A stretch of DNA of 64,000 nucleotides from an uncultured Verrucomicrobiae bacterium (GCA_963707025.1 CAVPOM010000015.1:96001-160000); one strand, 5' to 3'; shown: positions 8,768 to 19,100, counted from the first letter of the stretch. The notes: generated by a model not told the origin, from the sequence alone. Made by a program: numbers and translations.

Positions 8768-9190
8768 AGCTTGTGTTTTGTGTCTGGCAACTGCCCGATT
8801 TTGCTCACGCGGGGCCAGCCGATTTGCCCCGCGGCACTCACCTTGCACGGGGCGGGCGCAGTATCAGGTTGGATCAAATATACGCAGCCTGAGCCGAATC
8901 ACTTGCCCTCGGTTGGCAAAAGCCTACCATTTTTTGGCAGGCCGGAAAATCCTGATTTCAATCCCATTCCCAAGCTCAATCCCAATGCCAATCCCGTTAA
9001 ACTATTCCCCCGGAACGCCGATGATTATCCATGGCGACGACCATCATGGCTCAATGGACCATGTCGTTGCTAAAACAGCGGGCGATATGAACGTTAAAAC
9101 GAGCGAAGAGGGCTTGGGTTCATTGGAACGAAGTGTTTGGACGGTCGAGGCGGTTGCCTCCCGGTGCCGAGAGACTTGCCCATCATTCCC

Positions 9191-10108
9191 ATGAACTCGC
9201 CCAGCCCAACGAGAGACTATCTGGATGACGTGGTGCGAAAGATTCACAATTCGCGTCAAGTCATTCTCAATCCAGCCGAACGCTACTTGAATGGCGTTGC
9301 CAGTCTGCCTCCGGCCCCGATGCTCATGACCGAATTGCTGGCTCTGTTCCAGGACCCTGACCGCGATGTGGACCACGCTGTGGAACTGATCAGTTACGAG
9401 CCTGTCTTAACGGCCCAGATTCTTCGCACCTGCAACAGCGCCTGTTTCGCCGGCGAGCAGCGCCCCGGGGACATCTTTGAGGCCGTTTCCAGAATTGGGT
9501 TTTACCAGGTTTACTCCCTGGTGGTTTCCATTTTTGGCGCCAGGGCAAAATCCATGGAGGGAGCCGACCAGGGGGTGAAGGTGGACGAGTTATGGCGTCA
9601 TTCCGTGGCGGTCGCCGTGTCGGCTGCCGCGGTGGCGGAGGAAACCGGGCAGGCCAAGACGGTCGCTTTCACGGCGGGGTTGTTGCACGACATTGGCAAG
9701 CTGGTGCTGGCTTCGGCTGAGCGCGAGCGTTACGCCCGATTAATTCAAAGCGCGAAAGACCAGGGCCTGGCCTTGAGCGCGTTGGAACGCTCCGCCTTGG
9801 GAACGGACCATGCCGAACTGGGCGGTGAATTGATGAGCCGCTGGAAATTGCCGCCGGATGTCGTCGCCGCCGTCCGCCATCACCACGACCTTGAGGCCCC
9901 GCCGCCCTACGGCGAGTTGACCGCGGCCGTGCAGGTCGGGGACATGATCGGGCATCAACTTTTCGCCGATGATCTGGCCAACACCGCCTTTTTGCCAACC
10001 TCGCCAGCCTCCCTGGAGGCGCTCCAACTCAGTCCCGGCGCAGTTCCCCGCCTCCTGGCCAAAACGCAAGCCGAGATGGAAAAAGTCAAGGGCATGCTGG
10101 AGATATAA
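9191..10108 (+). CDS. HDOD domain signalling protein
   Basis: LPPAP, EPVLTAQILRTCNS, LWRHSVAVA, AGLLHDIGK, DHAELGG..WKLP, HH. Confidence 0.9.
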   Translation: MNSPSPTRDYLDDVVRKIHNSRQVILNPAERYLNGVASLPPAPMLMTELLALFQDPDRDVDHAVELISYEPVLTAQILRTCNSACFAGEQRPGDIFEAVSRIGFYQVYSLVVSIFGARAKSMEGADQGVKVDELWRHSVAVAVSAAAVAEETGQAKTVAFTAGLLHDIGKLVLASAERERYARLIQSAKDQGLALSALERSALGTDHAELGGELMSRWKLPPDVVAAVRHHHDLEAPPPYGELTAAVQVGDMIGHQLFADDLANTAFLPTSPASLEALQLSPGAVPRLLAKTQAEMEKVKGMLEI

Positions 10109-10202
10109 CCGGGCTTAGGCTCCGTGCAAAAACAACTTCGGATATTCAAGCGCAATTCGAACATGATCGAAGTGGCGCCTCGGAGCGCCCCCCTTGAAAG
10201 CA

Positions 10203-10301
10203 ATTGAGAATTGAAAATTGACAATTTGTCATCGGTCATTGCGCGGTCCGGGAGGTGGTTTTCAATTGCCAATGACCAATTTTCAATGATCAATTCTCAA
10301 T
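10203..10301. repeat. AT-rich imperfect inverted repeat built of about 7-bp units
   Basis: ATTGAGAATTGAAAATTGACAATT... pairs imperfectly with ...CAATTTTCAATGATCAATTCTCAAT; lies between convergent genes. Confidence 0.75.
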
Positions 10302-10354
10302 CCGAATCGGCCTTGCTCCAAAAGCAAAATCGGAGGTTATTCTTGCACGCATCC

Positions 10355-11408
10355 TTACCTGGCCCAGCCGCAGGTTTGGGCCAGACAGATCAGGCCGTAG
10401 GCCAGCAGAGCGGTGGCCGGAATGGTCATCACCCAGGCCCATAAGATGCGTTCGACTAATTCCCAGTTCAGGGCATTGAATCGGCGGGCGCAGCCCACAC
10501 CCATGATGGCCGTGGTGATGGAATGGGTGGTGGAGATGGGCAGGCCCAGCTCGCCGGTCACCAGCAGCAGGGTCGCGGCGGTGGTCTCGGCGGCGAAGCC
10601 ATGCACGGGACGCAAACGGACCATTTTGCGGCCCAGCGTTTGAATGATGCGCCAGCCCCCGATGTAGGTGCCCAGGGCCATGGCCAAACCGCAGGACCAT
10701 TTCATCCAGGTTTTGATTTCGAAATCCGGGCAGGAGAGAAAATTCAGCCAATGGGGCAGTTGCCGCAGGCCGCCGTTTCTGCTGGCGACAAAGCAGGCCA
10801 GGGCCACGATGCCCATGGTCTTCTGGCCGTCGGCGAAGCCGTGCGACCAGCCCATGTAGGAAGCGCTGACCAGTTGCAGCTTGCCAAAAAGCGCATCCAC
10901 CAGACGCGGACGCATGGAGCGAATGATGACAAACAGCAGAGTCATGACCAGCATGCCGCCGGCGAACCCGATGAGCGGGGACGCCAGCATGGGCACGACG
11001 ACCTTGTGATAGAAAAGCCGGCCATTTAATCACTTGCCAGTGGTTGTGGGCGGAGGCCAGGGCGGCGCCGATCAGTCCGCCGAAGACCGCATGGCTGGAA
11101 CTGGAAGGCAGTCCAAAATACCAAGTCAGAACGTTCCAGGCGATGCCGGCCAGCATGGCGCAAAAGATGGTGTCGGTGGTGATGAACTGGGAATCCATCA
11201 AATCGGCTCCGATCGTGGTGGCCACGGCCACGCCGCACAGGGCGCCGAGAAAATTGGTGATCGCGCCCAGGGTCACGGCCTGGCGCGGGGTCAGGACCCG
11301 GGTGCCCACCACGGTGGCGATGGCGTTGGCGGCATCGTGAAAGCCGTTGGTGAAGGTGAACCCCAGCACGGTCAGGTTGACCAGCAGGAGGAGAATAACC
11401 GGTTCCAT
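10355..11408 (-). CDS. pit: Inorganic phosphate transporter (PiT family), frameshift near 11015
   Basis: NGFHDAANAIAT, GLPSSSSHA in one frame; HGFADGQKTMG, PISTTH in the next; removing one T from GCTTTTCTAT joins them. Confidence 0.88.
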
Positions 11409-11414
11409 GAGGGC

Positions 11415-12041
11415 CTAGGAATGCTTGAGGACCACATTGTCAACCACGTTTCCGGCGTCGCGGCAGCGGTCCACCACCTTCTCCAGCAACTCGTAAAGAT
11501 CCTTGGCCATGATGACGGTCAAGGTCGGATGGGCCGCGCTGTAGAGTTCGGTCAACAACTGGAGCACCAGCTTGTCGGCTTCGCCTTCGATGGTCTGGAG
11601 CTTTTCATTGGCTTGATTGACCGCTTCAAAATGGGACTCTTCCAGCTCTTTGATCATGAAGGCGACGGTATCGGTGGCTTGCTCGACCAGGGCGATCTGA
11701 CGGGAAAAATCAATGGAACCCAAATGCGGCGCGCAGATCAGATAGCGGCCGGCAAATTTTTCGACCGTCTTGGGCACGCGGTAAAGCGAGCGGGAAATGG
11801 CCTCGATGTCCTCCCGGTCCAGTCCGGTGATGGAGGCGCGGGCCAGCAGTTCGGTGATTTGCACGGTGATCTGTTTGTCCTTGCGGCGGGCGGCGGCGAA
11901 TTGCGCCAGGCTGGCGTCCGGCGCGGCCTTTTGCATGATTTGCTGGAGCGCCTGCACGCTGGCCCGCCCCTCCTCGGCGCTGGCCTGGAGCAGCCGAAAA
12001 AACTGGTCATCCCTGGCAAACCACTTTTGAATGGAAAACAT
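11415..12041 (-). CDS. DUF47 / PhoU-like Pit accessory protein
   Basis: ITGLDREDI, IEGEADKL, KDLYELLEKVVDRCRD; directly upstream of pit. Confidence 0.9.
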   Translation of the reverse strand: MFSIQKWFARDDQFFRLLQASAEEGRASVQALQQIMQKAAPDASLAQFAAARRKDKQITVQITELLARASITGLDREDIEAISRSLYRVPKTVEKFAGRYLICAPHLGSIDFSRQIALVEQATDTVAFMIKELEESHFEAVNQANEKLQTIEGEADKLVLQLLTELYSAAHPTLTVIMAKDLYELLEKVVDRCRDAGNVVDNVVLKHS

Positions 12042-12092
12042 CGCGCCGCCTTGTATAACTAATCGTCACCTGATTGTCACATTGTATTAATT

Positions 12093-12992
12093 ATGCTCAC
12101 GCTCGAATTCCTGGCCCAATTGGCCCAAACCCACCGCCCGGCCCTCGCCGCCCGCGTGCGCGAGTTTTCCCTTGACGGCCAGGCCTTCCGCTTCAACTCC
12201 GCACCGGCCATCATGGGCGTGATCAATCTTTCGCCCGACTCCTGGTACCGCGAGAGTGTTTGCCTGACGGCGGAAAAGGCCGTCGCGCGCGGCCAGGTTC
12301 TCCGCGCCCAGGGGGCGCGCCTCATTGATGTGGGGGCGGAATCCACCCTGGGCCAGGCGGCCCGCCTCGGCCCCGCTGAACAGAAAAGGAAGCTGCTGCC
12401 GGTCATCCGCGGGCTGGCGGCGGAGAAGATTCTCGTCTCGGTGGAAACTTACCAGCCCGGCGTGGCCCGCGCCTGCCTGGAGGCCGGCGCCCGCGTGCTC
12501 AATTTCACCGGAACAGAAAAGGCGGCGGAAGTTTTCCGCATGGCCGCCCACCATGGCGCCGCCGTGATTATCTGTTACGTGCAGGGACGCCATGTGCGCG
12601 CGGTGGGTGATTTTGCCTTCGGCGCGGACCCCGCCGCCGCCCTGCACAACTATTTTTCGCGCCTGACCGAACTGGCTGTCAAAAACGGGGTGGATAAAAT
12701 TGTGATTGACCCCGGCCTCGGCTTTTATTATCGGAACTTGCAGGACAGCGCGCTTCGTGTCCGGCATCAGATGCGGGTTTTTTTGAACACGTTCCGTCTG
12801 CGGACGCTGGGATTTCCGGTTTGTCACGCCCTGCCCCACGCCTTTGCCTGCTTTGGGGAGGAGGTGCGCGCCGCCGAACCGTTTTTTGCCGTGCTGGCGG
12901 CGCTGGGCAAGACCGATCTCTTCCGAACCCACGAAGTCCCGCGCGTCAAGGCGGTGCTTGATACCTTGAGCATTTTTCCCACAAAACCATGA
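12093..12992 (+). CDS. folP: Dihydropteroate synthase-like pterin-binding enzyme
   Basis: MGVINLSPDSW, IDVGAEST, IDPGLGF, FRTHEV. Confidence 0.8.
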   Translation: MLTLEFLAQLAQTHRPALAARVREFSLDGQAFRFNSAPAIMGVINLSPDSWYRESVCLTAEKAVARGQVLRAQGARLIDVGAESTLGQAARLGPAEQKRKLLPVIRGLAAEKILVSVETYQPGVARACLEAGARVLNFTGTEKAAEVFRMAAHHGAAVIICYVQGRHVRAVGDFAFGADPAAALHNYFSRLTELAVKNGVDKIVIDPGLGFYYRNLQDSALRVRHQMRVFLNTFRLRTLGFPVCHALPHAFACFGEEVRAAEPFFAVLAALGKTDLFRTHEVPRVKAVLDTLSIFPTKP

Positions 12993-13115
12993 GCTGCGCC
13001 GTGATGCAAACCGATTTGGAAGACCCCGTTTTACCGGGAAATTACCTGGCTGCTGTGGATGATTTCCTCCGGCCGCGTGCCGCGCCAAAGAGGGGTCAAT
13101 CATAATAATACTTGA

Positions 13116-14117
13116 TTAGTCCTGAGCCGCCCGCCCCGGCCCGCTTTTCCGGCAAAGGAACACGCCCTCCTCCCCGGACGGGGCCACCCATTGTTCCCGC
13201 GCCTCCAGCCGGTGCAGCCGGAGCAGGTCGCAAATCCGCTCCGGCGTGTAGCGATAGGAAAAGAAGAGGCGGATTTCATCCCCGGCGCCAAATGCAAAAG
13301 GTTCGCCCTGGACGGTGAGCGAGCGGCGTCGTGTCAAGTGGAAATACGCCGCCACCCTTTTGCAGCCGGCCGCGGAATCCTCAATGGCAAAACGCACCGC
13401 GCCGTCTCCGCGCTCGAACCCCAGGTCGAACAGAAAGGTCGTCAGCCAGTCGCGGGTGGGCGGATTGTCGTAACCGGGGAGGATGCGCTCCATGCCGGCG
13501 GCGTAATCGGGGCCGGGGGCCAGATTCGCGCTGAAAAGCAGCCAATCCTCGCCCCCCACCAGGCCGGCCAGGCGCTGCAAAATCAGTTCCGGCTCAAAAT
13601 TGGGAATCATGCCGAAAAAGGTCAGCAAGCGCGCGGCGCCGGCGGCGCCGGGCGGGCCGAAAATTTCAGCCAGATCATCGGCCGCGGCCAGATCGCAAAC
13701 CAGGGGAGCGCACGGCACATCTGCCACCGCCTCCCGGGCGGCCTGGCGGGCGGTCAACGCCAGCGCCAGGCTGACATCGCAGGGCCGGTAGGACACTTTC
13801 CTCCCCTGGCCGGCCAGCAGGCGCAGCAAGCGGGCGTCTTTCTGGCCGCCGCCGCAGCCCAATCCGATGACTTGAACCTCCGGCGCCGGCACCCGCTCCG
13901 CCGCGGCGGCGCAGGCGCTGTCGTACATCGCCCGGCAAGCGGGATCGGTGCGCGAGGGCGAACAGGCTTCGTGCAGGGCCAGCCACTTTTGCGCCTGTTT
14001 CCAGGATTCGTAGTGGAACTTGGGATTGACAGAGCGCGCCCGCAGGGAATCGAGCAGGTCGCGCCGGACATTTTCCGGGAACTGGCTGGAATGAATGGTG
14101 ACGCTGGCCAAGGCCAT
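13116..14117 (-). CDS. SAM-dependent methyltransferase, EgtD / histidine N-alpha-methyltransferase-like
   Basis: NPKFHY, IGLGCGGGQKD, PCDVS, FFGMIPNFEP, FFSYRY. Confidence 0.75.
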   Translation of the reverse strand: MALASVTIHSSQFPENVRRDLLDSLRARSVNPKFHYESWKQAQKWLALHEACSPSRTDPACRAMYDSACAAAAERVPAPEVQVIGLGCGGGQKDARLLRLLAGQGRKVSYRPCDVSLALALTARQAAREAVADVPCAPLVCDLAAADDLAEIFGPPGAAGAARLLTFFGMIPNFEPELILQRLAGLVGGEDWLLFSANLAPGPDYAAGMERILPGYDNPPTRDWLTTFLFDLGFERGDGAVRFAIEDSAAGCKRVAAYFHLTRRRSLTVQGEPFAFGAGDEIRLFFSYRYTPERICDLLRLHRLEAREQWVAPSGEEGVFLCRKSGPGRAAQD

Positions 14118-14152
14118 AAGTTTTAAGCAATGAACACAAAAAACGGTTTGAA

Positions 14153-14210
14153 GGGAAGATTAGGATTAAGATTAGGATTCGGAAAGGGATTCTGGATTGA
14201 GATCAGAGTT
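14153..14210. repeat. Degenerate hexamer tandem repeat (GATTAR-like)
   Basis: GATTAG GATTAA GATTAG GATTCG GAAAGG GATTCT GGATTG; similar tracts near 8958-8998 (reverse) and 51779-51807. Confidence 0.7.
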
Positions 14211-14240
14211 GCGGTTGGCTCCCCCCCGTGGGGGCGGGAA

Positions 14241-14300
14241 CTGAAACCAGGTGAAACCAGGTGAAACTAGGTGAAATTAACTGAAATTGATGTGAAAATA
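14241..14300. repeat. 10-bp tandem repeat, (G/C)TGAAA-N4 units
   Basis: CTGAAACCAG GTGAAACCAG GTGAAACTAG GTGAAATTAA CTGAAATTGA. Confidence 0.85.
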
Positions 14301-14489
14301 ACCGGGCCGGTTTTGCGCCACGAAACCCGAAAAACGGGGGACATCCCCTCCCGGGCCTTTCGCCGTCCGATTCCGCAGTTGCCGTTCCCATGCTCACTAT
14401 GGCAGTCTATCATTTACTGAGTAATTGTCAACGGGAAAAATGAAAAAAAGCGATGGAACAGCAGCCAAGAATTTTTACCGCGGATTACG

Positions 14490-15796
14490 GTAGAGTAGGC
14501 GGGGTGCGCATGGCAGCCCCGCCCCTCGTCGAACCGGACGTGCGGCTTTTCCGCATCCGGCTCTCATGCAGTCTGTCGCCTCTGGCATTCACAGGCTGAT
14601 TAACCCCATTCGATTGAGATGTTCATAGAAGCTCATCCCCGCCGGGGGACGATAGCCGCGCTGGCTCCTGCGTTGGAGATGATACGTCAGCCGTTGCCGA
14701 ACGTACGAGTTGATCTGCCGATACGCCTTGCGCGGATACCCCAGACTGAAATACTTCCCCCATCCGCGCAGATGCCGGTTGATCGTCCTGGTCAGTTCGG
14801 GCAGGGGCGTGTGGCACTGTTCCGGCCCGGTCATCCGCCGCAACGCTTCCCGCTCGCGGGCCAATGCTTTGGCCGATGGTTCCAGGTTCAGATACCGGTA
14901 GTTGCCGCCGTGGAGGTCTCGATCAAACCGAAAGGTGTAGCCCAGAAAGTCCAGGCTCGCCTTGGGTTCTTTGAGTTCCACCACCCGCGTCTTTTCCCGG
15001 TTCACCGTCAGGCCCAACCACCCTTCCAGCTTGGCCTCAAGGAAGCCCCGCAGCCGCTGGCTTTGATACCGCGCCAGCACCACAAAATCGTCCGCATACC
15101 GCACCAGCTTGGCTTTGGCCCATTGGGCCGGCCCGTCGGCGCGTTGAAACGCTTTGTCGAACCAGTGCAGGTAGATGTTCGCCAGCAGCGGCGAGATCAC
15201 CCCGCCCTGCGGGGTGCCCCGCTCGTTGCGCTGGACTGTGGGCGACCCTCCCTCCTTCTTCTCCACTACCGGAGCTTGCAGCCACATCCGTATCAGGCGC
15301 AGCACCGCCCGGTCCACCACTCGCATCCGCACACAGGCCATGAGCTTGTCATGCGGAATGGAATCGAAGTAGCCCTTGAGGTCGGCATCATACACCGCGC
15401 AGTATCCGGCCTTCAGATGTTCTTGGATTTCCCGCAACGCCAGATGCGCCGAGCGCCCCGGCCGAAATCCGTAGGAACATTCTTCAAAGTCCGCTTCAAA
15501 GATCGGCTCCAGAATCAGCCATGTGGCCGTCTGGACGACCCGGTCGCGTACCGTCGGAATGCCCAGCGGCCTCAGTTTCCCGTTGGCTTTGGGGATATAC
15601 ATCCGATAAGTTGGCCACCTTCGTTTACGTGTAACGAGGCTCATTTCGGTTCGCTTTCGCTACAGCTCGGCGCGCGCTTCCCGCAGCTTCCGCGCCGGTG
15701 TTGCCACCGCCGCGGTGCGGGTCGCTTCATGTTTCATGGACTCTTACATGGCTCACCTCTCAGTTCGCACGATCAACCAGACTTCGCCTGGCGCAC
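14490..15796 (-). mobile_element. Group II intron, internally deleted
   Basis: 5' GTGCG at 15796; domain V GAGCCGGATGCGGAAAAGCCGCACGTCCGGTTC; domain VI ending CTACTCTAC at 14490; contains an RT ORF. Confidence 0.9.
14589..15644 (-). pseudogene. ltrA: Group II intron reverse transcriptase/maturase, N-terminally truncated, no endonuclease domain
   Basis: [67 protein letters not shown]0 region absent. Confidence 0.88.
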
Positions 15797-16154
15797 CGGA
15801 TGGCACGGATACAAACACGGGAGGGCGAGAATCCCTGCCCGCCATAGGCTTGGCGGCGGCGGGCGTCGAGCCGCGACTCGATTCCAAAAGGGCCTGCCTC
15901 GAGACAAAACCTCGAGCTAGAACGGACTTGGGGCGCGGTTTCCCCGCCCGCTTTCATCCCACGGGCGACATGGTGTGAGGCTGGCTCGGAGCCGTTTAGA
16001 TTCATCTATAACACAATGATTTAGAGGATCTTAGGACTTTTCTAGGACAAACCCACTTTGGACGGTGACCCTCTTTGAGGCGTCCTGGTTGGTTCTGGAT
16101 GACGCAAAGTTGACACTGTTTGTCGTCCGCGTGTCATATTGTTGCTTTTATTGA

Positions 16155-16190
16155 TTGACATTTTGTCATCTTCCGACTAAATGTCTGAAC
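16155..16190 (+). promoter_or_regulatory. Putative sigma70 promoter with overlapping palindromic operator
   Basis: TTGACA(16155)-N17-TAAATG; TGACA-TTT-TGTCA palindrome at 16156-16168. Confidence 0.5.
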
Positions 16191-16787
16191 ATGTCAGTGG
16201 CTCTCGAACCGCTTGCAAAAATTCGGGGCAAGTTGGGAATAACCCAACATGACCTCGCAGAGAAACTCGGAATCTCGCGCCAGCATCTGTCGAAGCTGGA
16301 GAATTCCCCAGGTCCGTTGACTCCAAAACTGGCGCGCCGCGTGGCGGAGGTGTTTCGGAATTTGGGCATGCCACAGGCGGGACCGCGCAGTGGAATTCGA
16401 GCGATTCCAGTTCGATCTTGGGCACAGGCCGGTATTGGAGTTGATTTTGAGGAACTTCCGCTCGATTGGCAAAAGCAAATAGCAACGGATTGTCCCGACG
16501 AACAGGCCTTTGCGGTTGAAATCCAAGGGGATTCAATGGAGCCCAAATACTTGCAGGGAGATATCGCCGTGTTAATGCCGGCTCACCAACCGCGAAATGG
16601 CAGCTTGGTGGTCGCCCGATTAGAGGAGGGAGTTGTGTTCAAAGTGTTCACCGTGCGCGACCAATCGCCGATAAGAATTTGCTCCTTTACGAGTTACAAT
16701 CCAGTATTTCAACCAATTGAGGTGTCGGAGAGCAAGGTCATTTGGAATTATCCGGTGTATCAAATCGTGCGTCAGGTCTGGCGCTGA
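16191..16787 (+). CDS. XRE HTH + S24 peptidase (CI/LexA-like) repressor
   Basis: LGITQHDLAEKLGISRQHLSKLE HTH; AQAG cleavage-like site; GDSMEP Ser and FK Lys. Confidence 0.9.
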   Translation: MSVALEPLAKIRGKLGITQHDLAEKLGISRQHLSKLENSPGPLTPKLARRVAEVFRNLGMPQAGPRSGIRAIPVRSWAQAGIGVDFEELPLDWQKQIATDCPDEQAFAVEIQGDSMEPKYLQGDIAVLMPAHQPRNGSLVVARLEEGVVFKVFTVRDQSPIRICSFTSYNPVFQPIEVSESKVIWNYPVYQIVRQVWR

Positions 16788-16792
16788 ATTGT

Positions 16793-18363
16793 ATGCATCT
16801 CTCAACCCTCCTCGACACACTCGGCTACACCGGTTCTAGAAATTTTCTCCAGCGAGGAACGGCTGCCTTTGATCGTGCGCCGGATATTGGGCATATCCTT
16901 CGGACGGCTGCGCGGCGCCGGGCATGCCGGCTTGAAGGTGTTTATTCGCTGCGTCCATTCAACGACGAAGGATCGCCAGTTCCGGTTGTTTATGTCTGCG
17001 AAGCTGATGACAGCGCAGCAGCGGACAAAATTCATGCCCTTGTCTGGAACCAAGATATCGTTCCCTTCGTCCTTGTTCGTACGCCTGCTGGCTTGCGGCT
17101 TTATTCCGGGTTCGAGTGCAAGCACGCAGGGACTCACGAACGCCAGGGCATCCTCGAACCTTTGATTCAGTTCAATGAAGTTGCCGACCGGCTTGCCGAA
17201 TTCCATGCGAGCGCAATTGATTCCGGAGAACTCTGGCGCAGGCGTGGAGACGACGTTCAGCCCGACAAACGTGTTTATTGGAGCCTGCTGGACAACCTTA
17301 AACAGCTCGCCAAGAAATTCGCTGCCGAGTTCGGAGCAGCAAAGGCGAAAGCGGTTATCCATCCCCTCATCGGGAAATACGTCTATCTCTATTATCTGAA
17401 GGACCGCGGATTTCTCTCTCGGCGGCGGCTGGTGGAATGGGAAATCGAACATGACTCCGTTTACGGTCGCAACGCTACTTTGGCCGGACTTCGTGCCGTC
17501 TGCGGTAAACTGGACGGCTTCCTCAACGGTCGCGTCTTCCCGCTAAAGCTCCATGGCGAAAGCGCGCCTACGGAAGAGCAAATCCAGCGTATTGCTGGGG
17601 CTTTTGCTGGCGATACGTTCGCTGGCAGTTGGCAATTTCATCTTCCATTCACTGCATTCAAGTTCGATTTCATCCCCATCGAGACACTTTCGATGATTTA
17701 CGAGCAGTTCCTCCATCTCCCGGACAAACCTGACGCGGACGACGAGGACGAGCACAGCGAGGGGCGCAAGGCCGGCGCATATTATACGCCCATCCCGGTA
17801 GTCAACTACATGCTCGCCGAAATGGACCGGCGACGGCGCCTTCTGCGTGGTGTCCGAGTGTTCGATCCCAGTTGTGGATCGGGCGCGTTTCTCGTGCAGT
17901 GCTACCGGCGACTTATTGAGCGCGAGTTTATTGCGCACAAAAAGAAGCCTGCTCCGCATGAACTCGCCACGTTGCTGAAGCGCCACATCTTTGGCGTCGA
18001 TATGGATGAGGATGCCTGTAGCGTCGCCGAATTCAGCCTTTATCTGACGCTGCTCGACTACGTGGAACCCAAGGACCTCATTGACCATCCGCGTTTCCGC
18101 CTTCCAACTCTGCGGAAAAACAACATCTTCTGCTCCGACTTCTTCAAGGTGCTGCCTTTCAAGACGAAGTTCCACTGGATTGTAGGAAATCCACCCTGGA
18201 AAAAGCTCATTCCGCATAAATTGGAAAAGCGCGATAAAGGTGCATTGCAATGGATGAAGAAAAACGCCGCCCTTATGCCGGTGGGTGACAATTCTCTTCT
18301 ACAGGCCTTCGCATGGCGCTGCCGCGAGTTTGTGACCGCAGATGGTGGCTGCGCATTGCTTGT
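16793..18363 (+). pseudogene. N6-adenine DNA methyltransferase (gamma class; type IIG/HsdM-like), C-terminally truncated
   Basis: IYEQFL, GAYYTP, DPSCGSGAFL, IFGVD, IVGNPPW; runs into IS3 sequence at about 18364. Confidence 0.88.
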
Positions 18364-18835
18364 CCATCCCAGCACGTAACGACTCCACCAATCCATCACC
18401 GCCACCAAATACATAAACCCAGTTGCCATAGGCACATACGTAATGTCCGAACACCAAACCTGATCCGGTCCCGTCACTGCCAAATTGCGTAACAGATACG
18501 GATAAATCTGGTGCCCCATCTCCCGCAGACTCGTCTTGGGCTTGGCGTAAATCGCCTCGATCCCCATCAACCGCAGCAGCCGCACCACCCGTTTGCGATT
18601 GATGGTCAAACCCTCCCGGCGCAACAGCACGGTCAGTTTGCGGCTGCCATAAACCGGGTGGTCCAAATGCATCTGGTCCAACCGCCGCATCAGCGCCAGG
18701 TTCTCCTCTGTCTCCGGACAGCACTGGTAATAATAACTGCCACGGCACACCGCCAGCAGCTCGCACTGGCGCCGCACGCTGAGCTGCGGATCGGGAGCGA
18801 TTAAACATGTTAAAGCCCCAGTTGCCTGGACTTTT
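18364..18835 (-). pseudogene. IS3 transposase OrfB, truncated within the DDE domain
   Basis: SVRRQCELL, YGSRKL, NRKRVVRLLRLMG, WCSDITY, YLVAVMD; in the -1 frame from AAAAAAAAG (18839-18831). Confidence 0.88.
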
Positions 18836-19100
18836 TTTTAAGCCAGTCCAAGTCCACCGTCAGTTGGCCAATCTTCTCATGCAGTTGGGCAATCAACTGT
18901 TCCTGATCCTCCGTGCGGGGTTGCCCGGGCTCAAACAATTCGGGCATGTGATCCCGAATCGTCGCCCGCCACTGCGTGACCTGCGCCGGATGCACCGCAT
19001 ACTCTCGCGCCAATTGCGCGACCGTCTTCAGCCCCACCAGGGCTTCGAATCCCACTTTGGCCTTGAAGGCCGCACTGTGTCTTTTCCGTTTTGCTTTCAT
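18810..19100 (-). CDS. IS3 transposase OrfA
   Basis: RKRHSAAFKAKV, TVAQLAREYAVHPAQVTQW, IGQLTVDLDWLKKK. Confidence 0.9.
   Translation of the reverse strand: MKAKRKRHSAAFKAKVGFEALVGLKTVAQLAREYAVHPAQVTQWRATIRDHMPELFEPGQPRTEDQEQLIAQLHEKIGQLTVDLDWLKKKSRQLGL

Noticed and set aside
8770..9190. Riboswitch upstream of the aminomutase operon
   Set aside because: No lysine, SAM, glycine or cobalamin consensus recognised by eye; an Rfam/Infernal scan would be decisive
13116..14117. Ergothioneine biosynthesis cluster
   Set aside because: No egtB, egtC or egtE adjacent
14241..14300. CRISPR array (also 42133-42180 and 57931-57960)
   Set aside because: 10-bp contiguous units without spacers; no cas genes
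14589..15644. Retron, DGR or CRISPR-associated reverse transcriptase
   Set aside because: Maturase domain, domains V/VI and the GTGCG boundary identify a group II intron
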